Assembly (NCBI GenBank): GCA_029259185.1 | Contig: JAPDJF010000037.1 | Coordinates: 1 to 51,903, forward strand | Source of the DNA: Hadesarchaea archaeon | Lineage (GTDB): Archaea; Hadarchaeota; Hadarchaeia; Hadarchaeales; WYZ-LMO6 | Direction: 5' to 3' | Length of the DNA stretch: 51,903 bases | Shown here: in pieces, positions 30,551 through 40,113 of the stretch | Numbering within the stretch: the first letter of the stretch is position 1 | Layout of the letters: each line of letters begins with the position of its first letter | Program-made: the position numbers and the translations under genes | The notes under the pieces: model-generated | The model's input: the letters and a program-made list of their open reading frames with translations, nothing else | Database searches by the model: none | Told to the model about the DNA's origin: nothing

Positions 30551-30688
30551 ATGTACAAGTGTTACAAGTGTGGAGAAGTGATAAAGGATACCCAAAAGCT
30601 TGAGGGACTCGTGAGGTGCCCGCGATGTGGTTTCAGGATCATGTATAAGCTACGCCAACCCGCAGTCAGAAGGATTAAAGCCTTGTAG
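30551..30688 (+). CDS. rpoP: DNA-directed RNA polymerase subunit P (Rpo12)
   Basis: MYKCYKCG...RCPRCGFRIMYK.R; ATG at 30551 after a GAGGTG RBS. Confidence 0.9.
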   Translation: MYKCYKCGEVIKDTQKLEGLVRCPRCGFRIMYKLRQPAVRRIKAL

Positions 30689-30704
30689 TCGGGAGGGATT
30701 AATA

Positions 30705-30962
30705 ATGTCAAACCACGCCACGGCGAACGTCGAATTCGTGTTTTCCAGTCGGAGTGAGGCGAGGTCGGTGTATGAAGCGTTGAAACCCGAGGAGGAACTA
30801 CCCGAAAACAGCAGGTGTACAGCCCGGATCGAACTGAGGGAAAAAGCTCTTCGCTTAGAGATAGATGCTAAGGATACTGCAGCGCTCCGGGCTGCGGTGA
30901 ACTCATTTCTCCGGTTAGTCATCGTGGCTCGAGATATGACCGAACTCGGGAGGGAAACATGA
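30705..30962 (+). CDS. pcc1: KEOPS complex subunit Pcc1
   Basis: A..VYEAL.PE, L.I.AKD.AALRAAVNS.LRL. Confidence 0.9.
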   Translation: MSNHATANVEFVFSSRSEARSVYEALKPEEELPENSRCTARIELREKALRLEIDAKDTAALRAAVNSFLRLVIVARDMTELGRET

Positions 30963-31324
30963 TGGAAGAACTTCCACCTCAGTTGAAGCACATGGTGGCC
31001 CAATATCAGCAAACCCAACAACAGGCCCAGGCCCTAGCCACCCAGAGACAGCATTTGGAACTCACCATGCTCGAAACCAAGAAAGCGATCGAAGAACTCG
31101 AAAAAACATCACCCGAAACCCCCGTGTATCGGAGCGTCGGGTCGATTTTGGTGAGAGCGAACAGGGATGAACTGAAAAAGGAGCTGGAGGAACAGAGAGA
31201 GACACTTGAGCTGAGGGTCAAGACAATCCAGCGACAGGAGGAGAGGGTGGTGGAGAGACTCAAGGAACTCCAGCAAAAATTGAGCGAAGCACTCAGAACG
31301 AGACAATCTGACTTCCAAAGCTGA
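30959..31324 (+). CDS. pfdB: prefoldin beta subunit
   Basis: ELPPQ, coiled coils flanking VYRSVG.ILV, ETLELRVKT. Confidence 0.93.
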   Translation: MMEELPPQLKHMVAQYQQTQQQAQALATQRQHLELTMLETKKAIEELEKTSPETPVYRSVGSILVRANRDELKKELEEQRETLELRVKTIQRQEERVVERLKELQQKLSEALRTRQSDFQS

Positions 31325-31330
31325 GAGCTC

Positions 31331-32308
31331 ATGAAAGAAATAGCGGACCTGCTCACCCGATACGCCAGCGAGGGGAAGAGGATCCTCGTTCTCTCCCACT
31401 TCCAAGCTGACCCGGACGGGGTTGGAAGTTCCGTCGTTCTCTCCGAAGTCCTGCGAAAGCTTGGAGCGAAGGCAGAGGCCGGCGCTCCGGAGGGAATAAG
31501 CAAGCTTACCCAGCTCTTGCTCGAAGGGGTTAAGAAAGAGGTGAACACCTCACCCTCCTTGAATGCCGATCTCGTGGTGATGGTAGACACCTCGAGTTTC
31601 GGTCATTTGGGAAAGCTGGGAGAAGAATTAGAAAGGCGTAAGAGCGAAGTGGTTCTTTTGGACCACCACAAGGAGGTGGAAGGGATGAGGAACAAAGTCC
31701 GGCTCTTCTACGTGGACGAAAACACGACCTCGTCTGCCGAGCTCGTACTCAGGTTGACGCGGGAGATGGGGGTGGAACTCACCCCGGACCAGGCATTCCT
31801 CCTCCTCGCCGGAATAGTCACGGACACAGGGGGGTTAAAATTCGCACGGAACTCCACATTCGAAGCCATCTACGAGTTGATCAAAGCCGGTGCAGACTAT
31901 CCAAGAGTTGTGGAAGCCACAAAGCTTCCGGAAGATCGGCCCAAACGGATCGCGATGATCAAGGCCGCCCAGCGAGCGGAGCTCCGCATCGTTCACGACC
32001 ATATCGTGGTCTTCTCTGATCTAAGTTCGTTCGAAGGGGACGCTGCTGCCATGTTCGTTAAAATGGGGGCTGACGTGGCCCTCGTGGGCTCGGAGGAAAA
32101 GGGCACGTTCAGGATCTCGGGGAGGGCCAGACCCGAGGTATGTGAGAATACGAGACTCCACCTAGGGGCCCTGATGCAGGAAGTAGCGAAGCGATTCGGG
32201 GGCACGGGGGGAGGGCACCCGGGAGCTGCAAGCGCCACCGGCAGGGGAGACCTGGGCAGGGTGAAGAAATTCGTGGCTCTTGAACTCAAGAAAACGCTGG
32301 AACCCTAA
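31331..32308 (+). CDS. DHH family phosphoesterase (NrnA-like)
   Basis: H..ADPD, VDT, DHH, GIVTDTG, GGGHPGAA. Confidence 0.9.
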   Translation: MKEIADLLTRYASEGKRILVLSHFQADPDGVGSSVVLSEVLRKLGAKAEAGAPEGISKLTQLLLEGVKKEVNTSPSLNADLVVMVDTSSFGHLGKLGEELERRKSEVVLLDHHKEVEGMRNKVRLFYVDENTTSSAELVLRLTREMGVELTPDQAFLLLAGIVTDTGGLKFARNSTFEAIYELIKAGADYPRVVEATKLPEDRPKRIAMIKAAQRAELRIVHDHIVVFSDLSSFEGDAAAMFVKMGADVALVGSEEKGTFRISGRARPEVCENTRLHLGALMQEVAKRFGGTGGGHPGAASATGRGDLGRVKKFVALELKKTLEP

Positions 32309-32414
32309 AAAAATACTCCTTCTCACGAAAAGGACGAGATCGAGAGGAGTTCCTAGAAAACGTCTCGCCGAGGAGGTGAGTAACAGTTGCCGGTTTCGGT
32401 AACCAGGACGAGAC

Positions 32415-33335
32415 TTACACGTAATCCAACCATTCCTCGTATCCCCTCTCCTCCCCCCTGACGATCCGAAAGTACATCGCTTGAAGTTCAGCCGTGATTT
32501 TTCCCTTCTTTCCATTCCCTATCGGATGCCCATCCACCTCCCTTATGGGAGTCACCTCCGCCGCTGTCCCCGTGAAAAATGCCTCATCCGCTGCATAGAG
32601 TTTTTCTTTCGAGATGTAGTCCTCTTTGAAAGGAATGCCCCTGTCCTCGGCTATTCGAATAATGGAATCTCTCGTTATGCCGGCGAGGGCTCCCGCGGAT
32701 ATCGGGGGTGTGACCAACGTTCCGCTCTCCACTATGAAGATATTTTCGCCTGGACCTTCCGAAACACTCCCCTCAAGGTTGAGGAGGATGGCCTCATCGT
32801 ATCCAGAATCAAGAGCATCGAGCTTAGCCAGGATGGAATTCGCATAGTTCGCCACGAGCTTCGCCGTGGGGGGGAGGATACTCGAGTGAACCCTCCTCCA
32901 AGGTGATATTTTGACCCTGACCCCATGCTCCAACCCTTCTTCACCGAGATACGTTCCCCAAGGCCAGACAGCGATCGCTACGCTCAACGGAGACCCCCGG
33001 GGATTGAGACCCATCGCCCCGTATCCATAATATGCGATAGGACGGATGTAGCACTCTTCCACCCCATTTGCCCTGATGGTTTGCTTCGTCGCTTCAATCA
33101 ACTCTTCAACGGAGTAAGGAAGCTTCATTCCCACCGTCTCTGCCGAGCGTTGAAGTCTGAGTATGTGGTCCCTCAGTCTAAAAACCGCTGCCCCCCTGGG
33201 GGTTCGATAACACCTTATTCCCTCGAAAACACCGTATCCGTAGTGGAGGGTGTGGGTGAGCACGTGCACCTTGGCTTCGCCCCAAGGAACGAGTTTTCCG
33301 TCCATCCAGATGAATCTTGTTGGGTTTAGATTCAT
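32415..33335 (-). CDS. ilvE: branched-chain amino acid aminotransferase
   Basis: LHYG.GVFEGIR.Y, YIRP, AK...NY.NS, EGPGEN, GITR, FFTGTAAEVTPI. Confidence 0.95.
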   Translation of the reverse strand: MNLNPTRFIWMDGKLVPWGEAKVHVLTHTLHYGYGVFEGIRCYRTPRGAAVFRLRDHILRLQRSAETVGMKLPYSVEELIEATKQTIRANGVEECYIRPIAYYGYGAMGLNPRGSPLSVAIAVWPWGTYLGEEGLEHGVRVKISPWRRVHSSILPPTAKLVANYANSILAKLDALDSGYDEAILLNLEGSVSEGPGENIFIVESGTLVTPPISAGALAGITRDSIIRIAEDRGIPFKEDYISKEKLYAADEAFFTGTAAEVTPIREVDGHPIGNGKKGKITAELQAMYFRIVRGEERGYEEWLDYV

Positions 33336-33392
33336 TCAGTCCAAGATAATCTTTTGGCTTAAAATGAGTTTTGTGCAGTCCACCTTTGCAAG

Positions 33393-33842
33393 TCATACGT
33401 ACTCCTCCTCTATTTCGGCTGACCTGTCGAGCAGCAAAAAACTAGTAGGTCTGTGCTTCACGACCACCCGGTACCACTTTCCGCTGCTTATCTCCGAACC
33501 ATCAGAAGTATAGGTGATCCTCACCGACTCCCCCCTAACAAAAAAGTTGTCCCCGTCATCCGCGGCTAAACTTCCACTGGGGCTCAAGGGATGATCCGGA
33601 GACGTTGGATCGACGAAAACGGGGGGAGAGCTTTTACCCTCGGTGACCGAAATTTCTAACTCACTCCAACGGAGATCAGATCCTCCGCGGTGGGATAGAA
33701 CCAAAGTCGTGTCCTCCACCTTTAACCGGAGGTCGACCCTCGGTCTGACGGCGTAAACGAAAACGCTCATGACCACAAAAGTCACTAGAAAGGCCGTCAC
33801 CAAGGCTACCAGACTTCGGTTCCCCCCTAACACAGCTTTCAC
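33393..33842 (-). CDS. archaeal type IV pilin-like protein (atypical N-terminus)
   Basis: One N-terminal TM helix, then L.HRGG..L, F..GE.V.I and Y.VVV.H.PT, typical of archaeal pilin globular domains; directly downstream of arlJ. Confidence 0.5.
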   Translation of the reverse strand: MKAVLGGNRSLVALVTAFLVTFVVMSVFVYAVRPRVDLRLKVEDTTLVLSHRGGSDLRWSELEISVTEGKSSPPVFVDPTSPDHPLSPSGSLAADDGDNFFVRGESVRITYTSDGSEISSGKWYRVVVKHRPTSFLLLDRSAEIEEEYV

Positions 33843-33857
33843 CTTATTCCCCAGATT

Positions 33858-35540
33858 TCAAATCGCGACGATCGGTCTTATGAAATTCTCTACAACGAGT
33901 TCTCCAACGACACCCGCCCAGAGGAGAAGGACAGCATGGGCATAAACTCCTCTCGCATCGCAAGAGCTTACCGTCCTTATGTAAAACGCTATCAAGAGGG
34001 CATTCAGCAGGACCAAGCCCACCAACATGAAGTGAACGCCAGGGGGATCGTAAATCCTCACCCAGAACACCTGCTCGATGGTTTTGAATCCCGTTTGTCC
34101 TACTTCCTCTATCATCTCACTGGCGAAGCTGAATCCCATGAAGAAAGTCACGGCCGCTATGACCGTTATACCGTAGAGCACCCCCCTCAAGCTACTTGCG
34201 AAATCGTACCGCCTCTCTCTGATCCTGAGGATCCGCTTGAAGTTCTCGGTGATCACGTCTGCCACCGTTTTCGGATCTCCACCCTTGGTGACTCCCTCTG
34301 AATACATCTCGCCGAACCTCTGAACGAGGTTACTCCCACTCTCCGCGAAAAAGTAATCCCACGCCAATTTTTCGTCTATCCTCATCTTCAACCTCTTGTG
34401 TAGGTTCTGGATGTCCAGAGTCAAGGCACCGAATTCTTTTTCCTTCAAAGTTTCCAACACGTTAGCAGCCGCTGCACGCTTGGCGGATGCTGAGGCGGCA
34501 AGTGTGCGGAGGAAGCTCGGAAAGTTTTCATCTTTATTCCTTATCTTCACCTCCTCCCTCCAGACCATAAGACCGGGGATGATCAAGGGGGTCAGGGGGA
34601 GAGCTAGATAAATGGAAATCGGGAGAAAGGGGGTGGAAAAAACTCCGAAAAACAAGTGAGCACTCAGAAGTCCGAGAGTGAGTCCGAAAAGGAGGAGGGA
34701 AAAAATCTCCGCCCTCCCTATCCTAGCTTCCCTCGAGGTGAATAATTTTGGTCTAAACCAAATGGGATCGTCGGGCAGAATAAATTCCGTCCCCAAGATA
34801 AAACCGATCTCACTCACCACGAACACCAAGATGGCTATACCTATCATCAGGAATGGGGAAAATCCCGTAAGGAATGGCATTATGATGCTGAAGACCACGA
34901 GGAAGACCGTAGCGAGGATCATCGACAAGAAAAGATCCCGGAGGTCTCTGGCTCGATGGATGGAATCTTCGTACATCGACTCATAATCCGAGATGACTAC
35001 CTCCTGCTCGTCGATCAGGAACCTCCTCACATCCTCCCCGGCCTCCGTGGTGTGGGACAACCTCTCAAGAAAATCCGAAAGGATATCACTAGGGGTCCTC
35101 TCAGAAACGTAGCGGCATGCCTCCTCCAAACTCAGGCGCCAAGTATCGACGAGGGTGACAACTTTTTCGATTTCATCCGCGAGTGGACCGTATAACTCCT
35201 TTTCCCCAGCCAGAGATCTGAATATCTCCATCCTTTCCACGTTCGCAGCCGCGAGTACTCCGGCATTCGTGATGAACTGATGAATGTTCTGCTCGATCTC
35301 CCTTCTCCTTCGGTCCACCCATATCTTCGGATAGAAAACTCCGACGAGGGGAAAGAAGACCGCCATCACGTACATCATGAACCTCATGGGACCGAAGAGA
35401 TCCGCAAAAATCACGGAGAGCGAAAAGGTCAAAACACCAAGTGCTGTGAAGGGAAGCACCAAACGAAGGAAGTACCTAGAAAAGGTATATCCCATCAAGT
35501 AGTAAGCTCGATGCCAGCTCCTGCGATCTTTCTTAGCCAT
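33858..35540 (-). CDS. arlJ: archaellum assembly membrane platform ArlJ (FlaJ)
   Basis: Polytopic protein with W..SL.EACR, DFLERL, FP.FLR.L, FG.LT.DI.NL.KRL, GS.L...F..MY; follows arlI. Confidence 0.9.
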   Translation of the reverse strand: MAKKDRRSWHRAYYLMGYTFSRYFLRLVLPFTALGVLTFSLSVIFADLFGPMRFMMYVMAVFFPLVGVFYPKIWVDRRRREIEQNIHQFITNAGVLAAANVERMEIFRSLAGEKELYGPLADEIEKVVTLVDTWRLSLEEACRYVSERTPSDILSDFLERLSHTTEAGEDVRRFLIDEQEVVISDYESMYEDSIHRARDLRDLFLSMILATVFLVVFSIIMPFLTGFSPFLMIGIAILVFVVSEIGFILGTEFILPDDPIWFRPKLFTSREARIGRAEIFSLLLFGLTLGLLSAHLFFGVFSTPFLPISIYLALPLTPLIIPGLMVWREEVKIRNKDENFPSFLRTLAASASAKRAAAANVLETLKEKEFGALTLDIQNLHKRLKMRIDEKLAWDYFFAESGSNLVQRFGEMYSEGVTKGGDPKTVADVITENFKRILRIRERRYDFASSLRGVLYGITVIAAVTFFMGFSFASEMIEEVGQTGFKTIEQVFWVRIYDPPGVHFMLVGLVLLNALLIAFYIRTVSSCDARGVYAHAVLLLWAGVVGELVVENFIRPIVAI

Positions 35541-35547
35541 GATCTCC

Positions 35548-37245
35548 CTAGAAGGCCCACTCCACCCTAGGTGCGTGGATCTTGAAAGGCAGGCCCTCCA
35601 CTCCCTTCTGCCGATAAGCCTTTATTATCTCAAATGTCTCGAAGAATCCTGTCCTCCCCTCCGCAACCGCTCTCTCGATTATCTTAGCCCTCAGCTTCAG
35701 CTCATCATAGATATCGGTGGGGTCTTTAAACCCCAGCGTGGAGGCACATTTCTCCTCGAGTATGTACGAATTGCCCATTCCCGTAAAGATGAGCTTGTCC
35801 ACCACCGGATTCCTGACAAAAACTTGGCGGGTGACTATTCCACCCATCTCCTTCGAATACCCCTCTATCTCGTGGACCTCCGTAACCCTCCTCAACTGCT
35901 TTTTCCCGGCTTGAATGAAGTTCAGGAACACGCACACGTTGAGGTTCCCGAAGAAAGCCTCTGGAACGTTTAGTGGCTCTCCCGTGAAGCGGTGGACGAG
36001 CGACACGATATTACCCGCGTGGAAGGTGAAGAGGGTGGGGTGACCCGTCTGCATCGCTTGGAAGACGCTGAACGCCTCTTCACCCCTTATCTCCCCCACC
36101 ACTATGTAATCCGGCCTGGACCTAAGAGAGGTCCTCACGAGGTCGAAGAGGTTTATGCTGCCCCTGCTACTTCCACCCCTAGTCAGGAGCCTTTGCCACC
36201 TCCGGTGGGGAACCCGGAGTTCCGGGGTCTCTTCGGCAGTGTATATCTTTGCTTCGCTATCGATGAAGGCCGTTGAAGCGTTTAGAGCCGTGGTCTTTCC
36301 CGCTGCAGTTTCACCACAGAAGACTATGGATAGGTTACTCTCCAAACAAAGCCAGAGATAGGCAGCGAACTCCGAGCTGAAGGTCCCCAACTCGACCAGT
36401 TTGAAGACCGAGATCGGGGTTTCCTCGAACTGTCGGATGGTAATCGAGGGGCCACCTATCGAGACATCATCGGGGAACACCACGTTGCACCTCGAACCGT
36501 CCGGAAGGTGGATGTCTGAAATCGGATTCAAGTCGCTCACGCGCCCTCCGAGCCGATCACTCACCTGCCTCACCCACTCCTCGTACTCCTTTTCGGAGCC
36601 AAAGTTGACATTCGTCTTCATCAATCGGAAGAGTTTATGGAAGATGTAAACTCGGTCGTGACCCAGTATGTGAATATCCTCATTCGATTTGTCCTTGAGG
36701 AGTGGATCGATGGGTCCCATCCCAGCCATGTCCCGCTTGAGGTGGTACAGGATTCGATCTCTCGCGGATTCGGAGAGGACGAACTTCCTGTTCTTCCGGA
36801 AGAGCCCCCCACGCTCCTCCCCGACCGAGACGAGCTGATTGAATAACTCCTCCAACCTGCCCCTATATTCTTCTTCCGAACTCACGGGCGGAAGATCCGC
36901 CGACACTCGAAGCATCTCATAGCGAATTTGCTTGTAGAGCTCCCTCTCCCCCTCGCTGAGAAAAGGCTCCACGACGAAATACATGTTTGTGGTTCTGGGC
37001 CTTGCGTACGCATGGGCAAAAACCAGATCATCTACTCGATAAATCACGTTCGCATCTTCTATGCCCGCGATTGTATACACCTTCGGCTTTGGGATCAGGC
37101 GTGGAAAGAATCCCGTTCTGCGGTGAAAATCCTCCAGGTGGAGCCGGAGGTGCTCGTACCTATCCGCGAGCTCCTTGAGCTCTCTCGATAGTTTCTTCGT
37201 CCCCTTGAACTGCAGTTCTTCCTCGATTTTCTCGGAGACCGCCAT
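35548..37245 (-). CDS. arlI: archaellum motor ATPase ArlI (FlaI), copy A
   Basis: Walker A GETAAGKTT, LRSRPDYIVVGEIRG, QAMQTGH..TFHA, GMGNSYILEEK; probable ATG at 37245 after GGAGGTG. Confidence 0.92.
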   Translation of the reverse strand: MAVSEKIEEELQFKGTKKLSRELKELADRYEHLRLHLEDFHRRTGFFPRLIPKPKVYTIAGIEDANVIYRVDDLVFAHAYARPRTTNMYFVVEPFLSEGERELYKQIRYEMLRVSADLPPVSSEEEYRGRLEELFNQLVSVGEERGGLFRKNRKFVLSESARDRILYHLKRDMAGMGPIDPLLKDKSNEDIHILGHDRVYIFHKLFRLMKTNVNFGSEKEYEEWVRQVSDRLGGRVSDLNPISDIHLPDGSRCNVVFPDDVSIGGPSITIRQFEETPISVFKLVELGTFSSEFAAYLWLCLESNLSIVFCGETAAGKTTALNASTAFIDSEAKIYTAEETPELRVPHRRWQRLLTRGGSSRGSINLFDLVRTSLRSRPDYIVVGEIRGEEAFSVFQAMQTGHPTLFTFHAGNIVSLVHRFTGEPLNVPEAFFGNLNVCVFLNFIQAGKKQLRRVTEVHEIEGYSKEMGGIVTRQVFVRNPVVDKLIFTGMGNSYILEEKCASTLGFKDPTDIYDELKLRAKIIERAVAEGRTGFFETFEIIKAYRQKGVEGLPFKIHAPRVEWAF

Positions 37246-37266
37246 ATGCGCCACCTCCAATTTAAT

Positions 37267-37674
37267 CTATTTCAAAACTTTCTTTAACTCGTTGTCAAGG
37301 TGGTCTTTCCCACGCTTTTTTATTTCTTTTATGAGTTCCCTCACAGGAGCGTCCAAGGGAACACCGTATGAAGCCAGTATGCTCACGATCTTCGATGGGT
37401 CGAGATAGGGTAAGCTCGAAACCTCTGCCCTCGATTCCTCGGCTTGCGATCCCGGCTCGTTCCCCTCAGCTCTAACCTCTTCCCTTTTCACATCTTTGCC
37501 CCTCTTGTGCTCGGGCTCCTTCGGAGGAATATCTGGCTCTGATTTTGGCTCGAACAAAACAACCATCCGATTGCCGCCCAGCCTTTTGATGTACCTCTCC
37601 TGCTCCGGAGTTATCCTAGCCTCCTCGCTTAGCTCACAGTAGTACTCCGATCCCGTTTCACTATCCTCCCCCAT
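37267..37674 (-). CDS. hypothetical protein between the two arlI genes
   Basis: ~135-aa charged ORF with a GGAGGTG RBS, tightly packed in the arl operon. Confidence 0.65.
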   Translation of the reverse strand: MGEDSETGSEYYCELSEEARITPEQERYIKRLGGNRMVVLFEPKSEPDIPPKEPEHKRGKDVKREEVRAEGNEPGSQAEESRAEVSSLPYLDPSKIVSILASYGVPLDAPVRELIKEIKKRGKDHLDNELKKVLK

Positions 37675-37692
37675 TTTTTTCACCTCCCTTTT

Positions 37693-39369
37693 TCAATCTA
37701 ACAATTTGAATGGTAACCCCCTCAACCCCTCCCGCTGGTATCTCCTTATTATGTTGAGGGTATCCGCATAGCTCACCATATCTTTCCTAACGGCCGTCCT
37801 GATGACCGAGGCCCTTCTCCCCAACTCCTCGTAGATCTCCCTAGGATCCGAGTATCCCATGGAGGGTGCGACCTTTTCCTCTAGGATGTAGGAGTTATAC
37901 TTTCCCAGAAATCTTATCACATCGTTTATCGGATCGAAGTCAAAGACCAGTCGAGTCACTATCCCCTGGAAGTGCTTTGAGTATCCTTCTATCTCGTGGA
38001 CCGAGGTAACCCTTCTCATCTCCCTCCCCCGCATCTTGACGAAATTCTGAAACACGCACACGTTGAGGTTCCCGAAGAAAGCCTCTGGAACGTTCAATGG
38101 TTTACCCGTGAAGCGGTGGACGAGCGACACGATATTACCCGCGTGGAAGGTGAAGAGGGTGGGGTGACCCGTCTGCATCGCTTGGAAGACGTTGAATCCC
38201 TCTCTCCCCCTCACCTCACCTACTATTATGTTGTCCGGGCGACACCTCAGCGATGCCACTATTAGATCGAAGAGCGCGACGCTTCCCTCCCCTCCCCTGT
38301 CCCGGGTGAGGAGCCTCTGCCATGCCTCGTGGGGTGGTCTTATTTCCAGCGTGTCCTCGACCGTAACGATCTTGTGATACTCAGGGATGAAAGCCGTTAT
38401 CGCGTTCAGGGTCGAAGTCTTCCCGGCCGCCGTCTCACCGCACACCGCGATCGACTGGTTATTCTCCACGCACAGCCAGAGATAAGCCGCCAGCTCCGGA
38501 CTCATCGTCCCGAACTTCACGAGTTGAAAGGCTGAGAGGGGAATTTTTTCGAACTGTCGGATGGTGATCGAGGGGCCACCTATCGAGACATCGTCTGAAT
38601 AAACCACGTTTAGCCTAGAACCATCTGGAAGAGTGGTATCCACGATCGGTGAAGCATCGCTCGCCGGTTTCCCCATGCGCTCGGTTATCGATCTCAGCCA
38701 CCGCTTGTACTCGTCTTCCGATTCGAAGCCAACGTTAGTGCTCATCATCCCATAGATCTTGTTGTCCACATGAACGTCATGCGGACCGAACACGTGGATG
38801 TCCTCGTTCGTCTTGTCTTTCAAGAGGGGGTCGAGGGGTCCCATTCCCACTATGTCCCTCTTGAGGTGATAGAGGAATCTGTGATAGGTCTCCTCGGAGA
38901 GGACGAACTTCCTGTTCTTCCGGAAGAGGCCCCCACGCTCCTCCCCGACCGAGACGACTTGGCTGAACAGCTCCTCCAGATCCGACTCTAACTTTTTCTT
39001 CACCGAGGTGGAAAATGCTCGCTCGAATATCTCGTCCCTTATCGCCCGATAGAGTTCCAAATCTTCGGCTCGCAGTCTGGGCTCTATGACGTAGTAGGTT
39101 GAATCTATTCCCCTCCCCTCCTTATGGAGGTGGGAAAACACCATTCCCTCCGTTCGATAGATTATGTCTGTTTTTTCGGATCTGTATCGCTTAAACTCCT
39201 CCTGCGTTTCAGGCTTCTTCACCAGTTCAGGATAAACTCCAGTCTTCCGATGGAACTCCTCTAGGTGGAGCCGGAGGTGCTCGTACCTATCCGCGAGCTC
39301 CTTGAGCTCTCTCGAGAGTCCCCTCATCTCCCCCAGTTCCATCGATCCACGGATCCCCCTCACGAACAT
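37693..39369 (-). CDS. arlI: archaellum motor ATPase ArlI (FlaI), copy B
   Basis: Walker A GETAAGKTS, VEDT.E Asp box, LRCRPDNIIVGEVRG, QAMQTGH..TFHA, NSYILEEK. Confidence 0.92.
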   Translation of the reverse strand: MFVRGIRGSMELGEMRGLSRELKELADRYEHLRLHLEEFHRKTGVYPELVKKPETQEEFKRYRSEKTDIIYRTEGMVFSHLHKEGRGIDSTYYVIEPRLRAEDLELYRAIRDEIFERAFSTSVKKKLESDLEELFSQVVSVGEERGGLFRKNRKFVLSEETYHRFLYHLKRDIVGMGPLDPLLKDKTNEDIHVFGPHDVHVDNKIYGMMSTNVGFESEDEYKRWLRSITERMGKPASDASPIVDTTLPDGSRLNVVYSDDVSIGGPSITIRQFEKIPLSAFQLVKFGTMSPELAAYLWLCVENNQSIAVCGETAAGKTSTLNAITAFIPEYHKIVTVEDTLEIRPPHEAWQRLLTRDRGGEGSVALFDLIVASLRCRPDNIIVGEVRGREGFNVFQAMQTGHPTLFTFHAGNIVSLVHRFTGKPLNVPEAFFGNLNVCVFQNFVKMRGREMRRVTSVHEIEGYSKHFQGIVTRLVFDFDPINDVIRFLGKYNSYILEEKVAPSMGYSDPREIYEELGRRASVIRTAVRKDMVSYADTLNIIRRYQREGLRGLPFKLLD

Positions 39370-39377
39370 TCAACCAC

Positions 39378-40100
39378 CTAGATGACCGCCCTGGCTTCAA
39401 TTATGATGCCCACATCCGCCCTCACGGAGTACCCGATGGAATCCCCGACTTGCTTGCCCATACCCGAGAATCTCCTCACTTCCATCATCCTCCGGATCTC
39501 CCCACCCACGTCGAACATCTTCAGTTGGAGGTACACGTCGGCCACAGATCTGAATGGCGAGAGCGCATCCTCACTCAAGTTTGTGGGATCTATCGTCATG
39601 ACCACGGTTTTCTCTTTACGGATCAAATTCCTCAAGAAACTCACTATCTGAATCGAGATATCCTCCTCCTTGTCTTGCCTGAAGAGAGTTTCGAACTTCT
39701 CATCGTTCCGCAAGATCTGGTCGAACGCATCTATGATCGTCACGTCTCCGTTCCACATCCTATCTGCATTCAAGAGTTTCTCTACGTAGCTTCCCCCGGG
39801 TTGGGGGACGAACGTTATGAACGCGAACCTGTGAGCAAGGATGTGGTCAGTCATGTCGTAATTCAGAGATTTCATCTGTCTCAGGAAGCTCATCAAATCA
39901 AGCTCTGGAGTCACATAACACACGTAGTTGCCCATCTCACACAGCCCGTAGGCGAACCTCTGGCAGAGGACACTTTTCCCGGCGCCGTATTTCCCCTCGA
40001 TCAAAACTATGCTTCCCTGGGGCAATCCACCGCCGAGCTTCCTATTCAGACCGTCCCTTTCTTCCAACCCGAGTGAGAAGAGTTTCTTTCCACCCCTCAT
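39378..40100 (-). CDS. arlH: archaellum RecA/KaiC-like ATP-binding protein ArlH (FlaH)
   Basis: LGGGLP.GSIVLIEG.YGAGKS.LCQRF.YG, IID, GII.E.R.V C-terminus. Confidence 0.92.
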   Translation of the reverse strand: MRGGKKLFSLGLEERDGLNRKLGGGLPQGSIVLIEGKYGAGKSVLCQRFAYGLCEMGNYVCYVTPELDLMSFLRQMKSLNYDMTDHILAHRFAFITFVPQPGGSYVEKLLNADRMWNGDVTIIDAFDQILRNDEKFETLFRQDKEEDISIQIVSFLRNLIRKEKTVVMTIDPTNLSEDALSPFRSVADVYLQLKMFDVGGEIRRMMEVRRFSGMGKQVGDSIGYSVRADVGIIIEARAVI

Positions 40101-40113
40101 TTCACCCTCTCCC

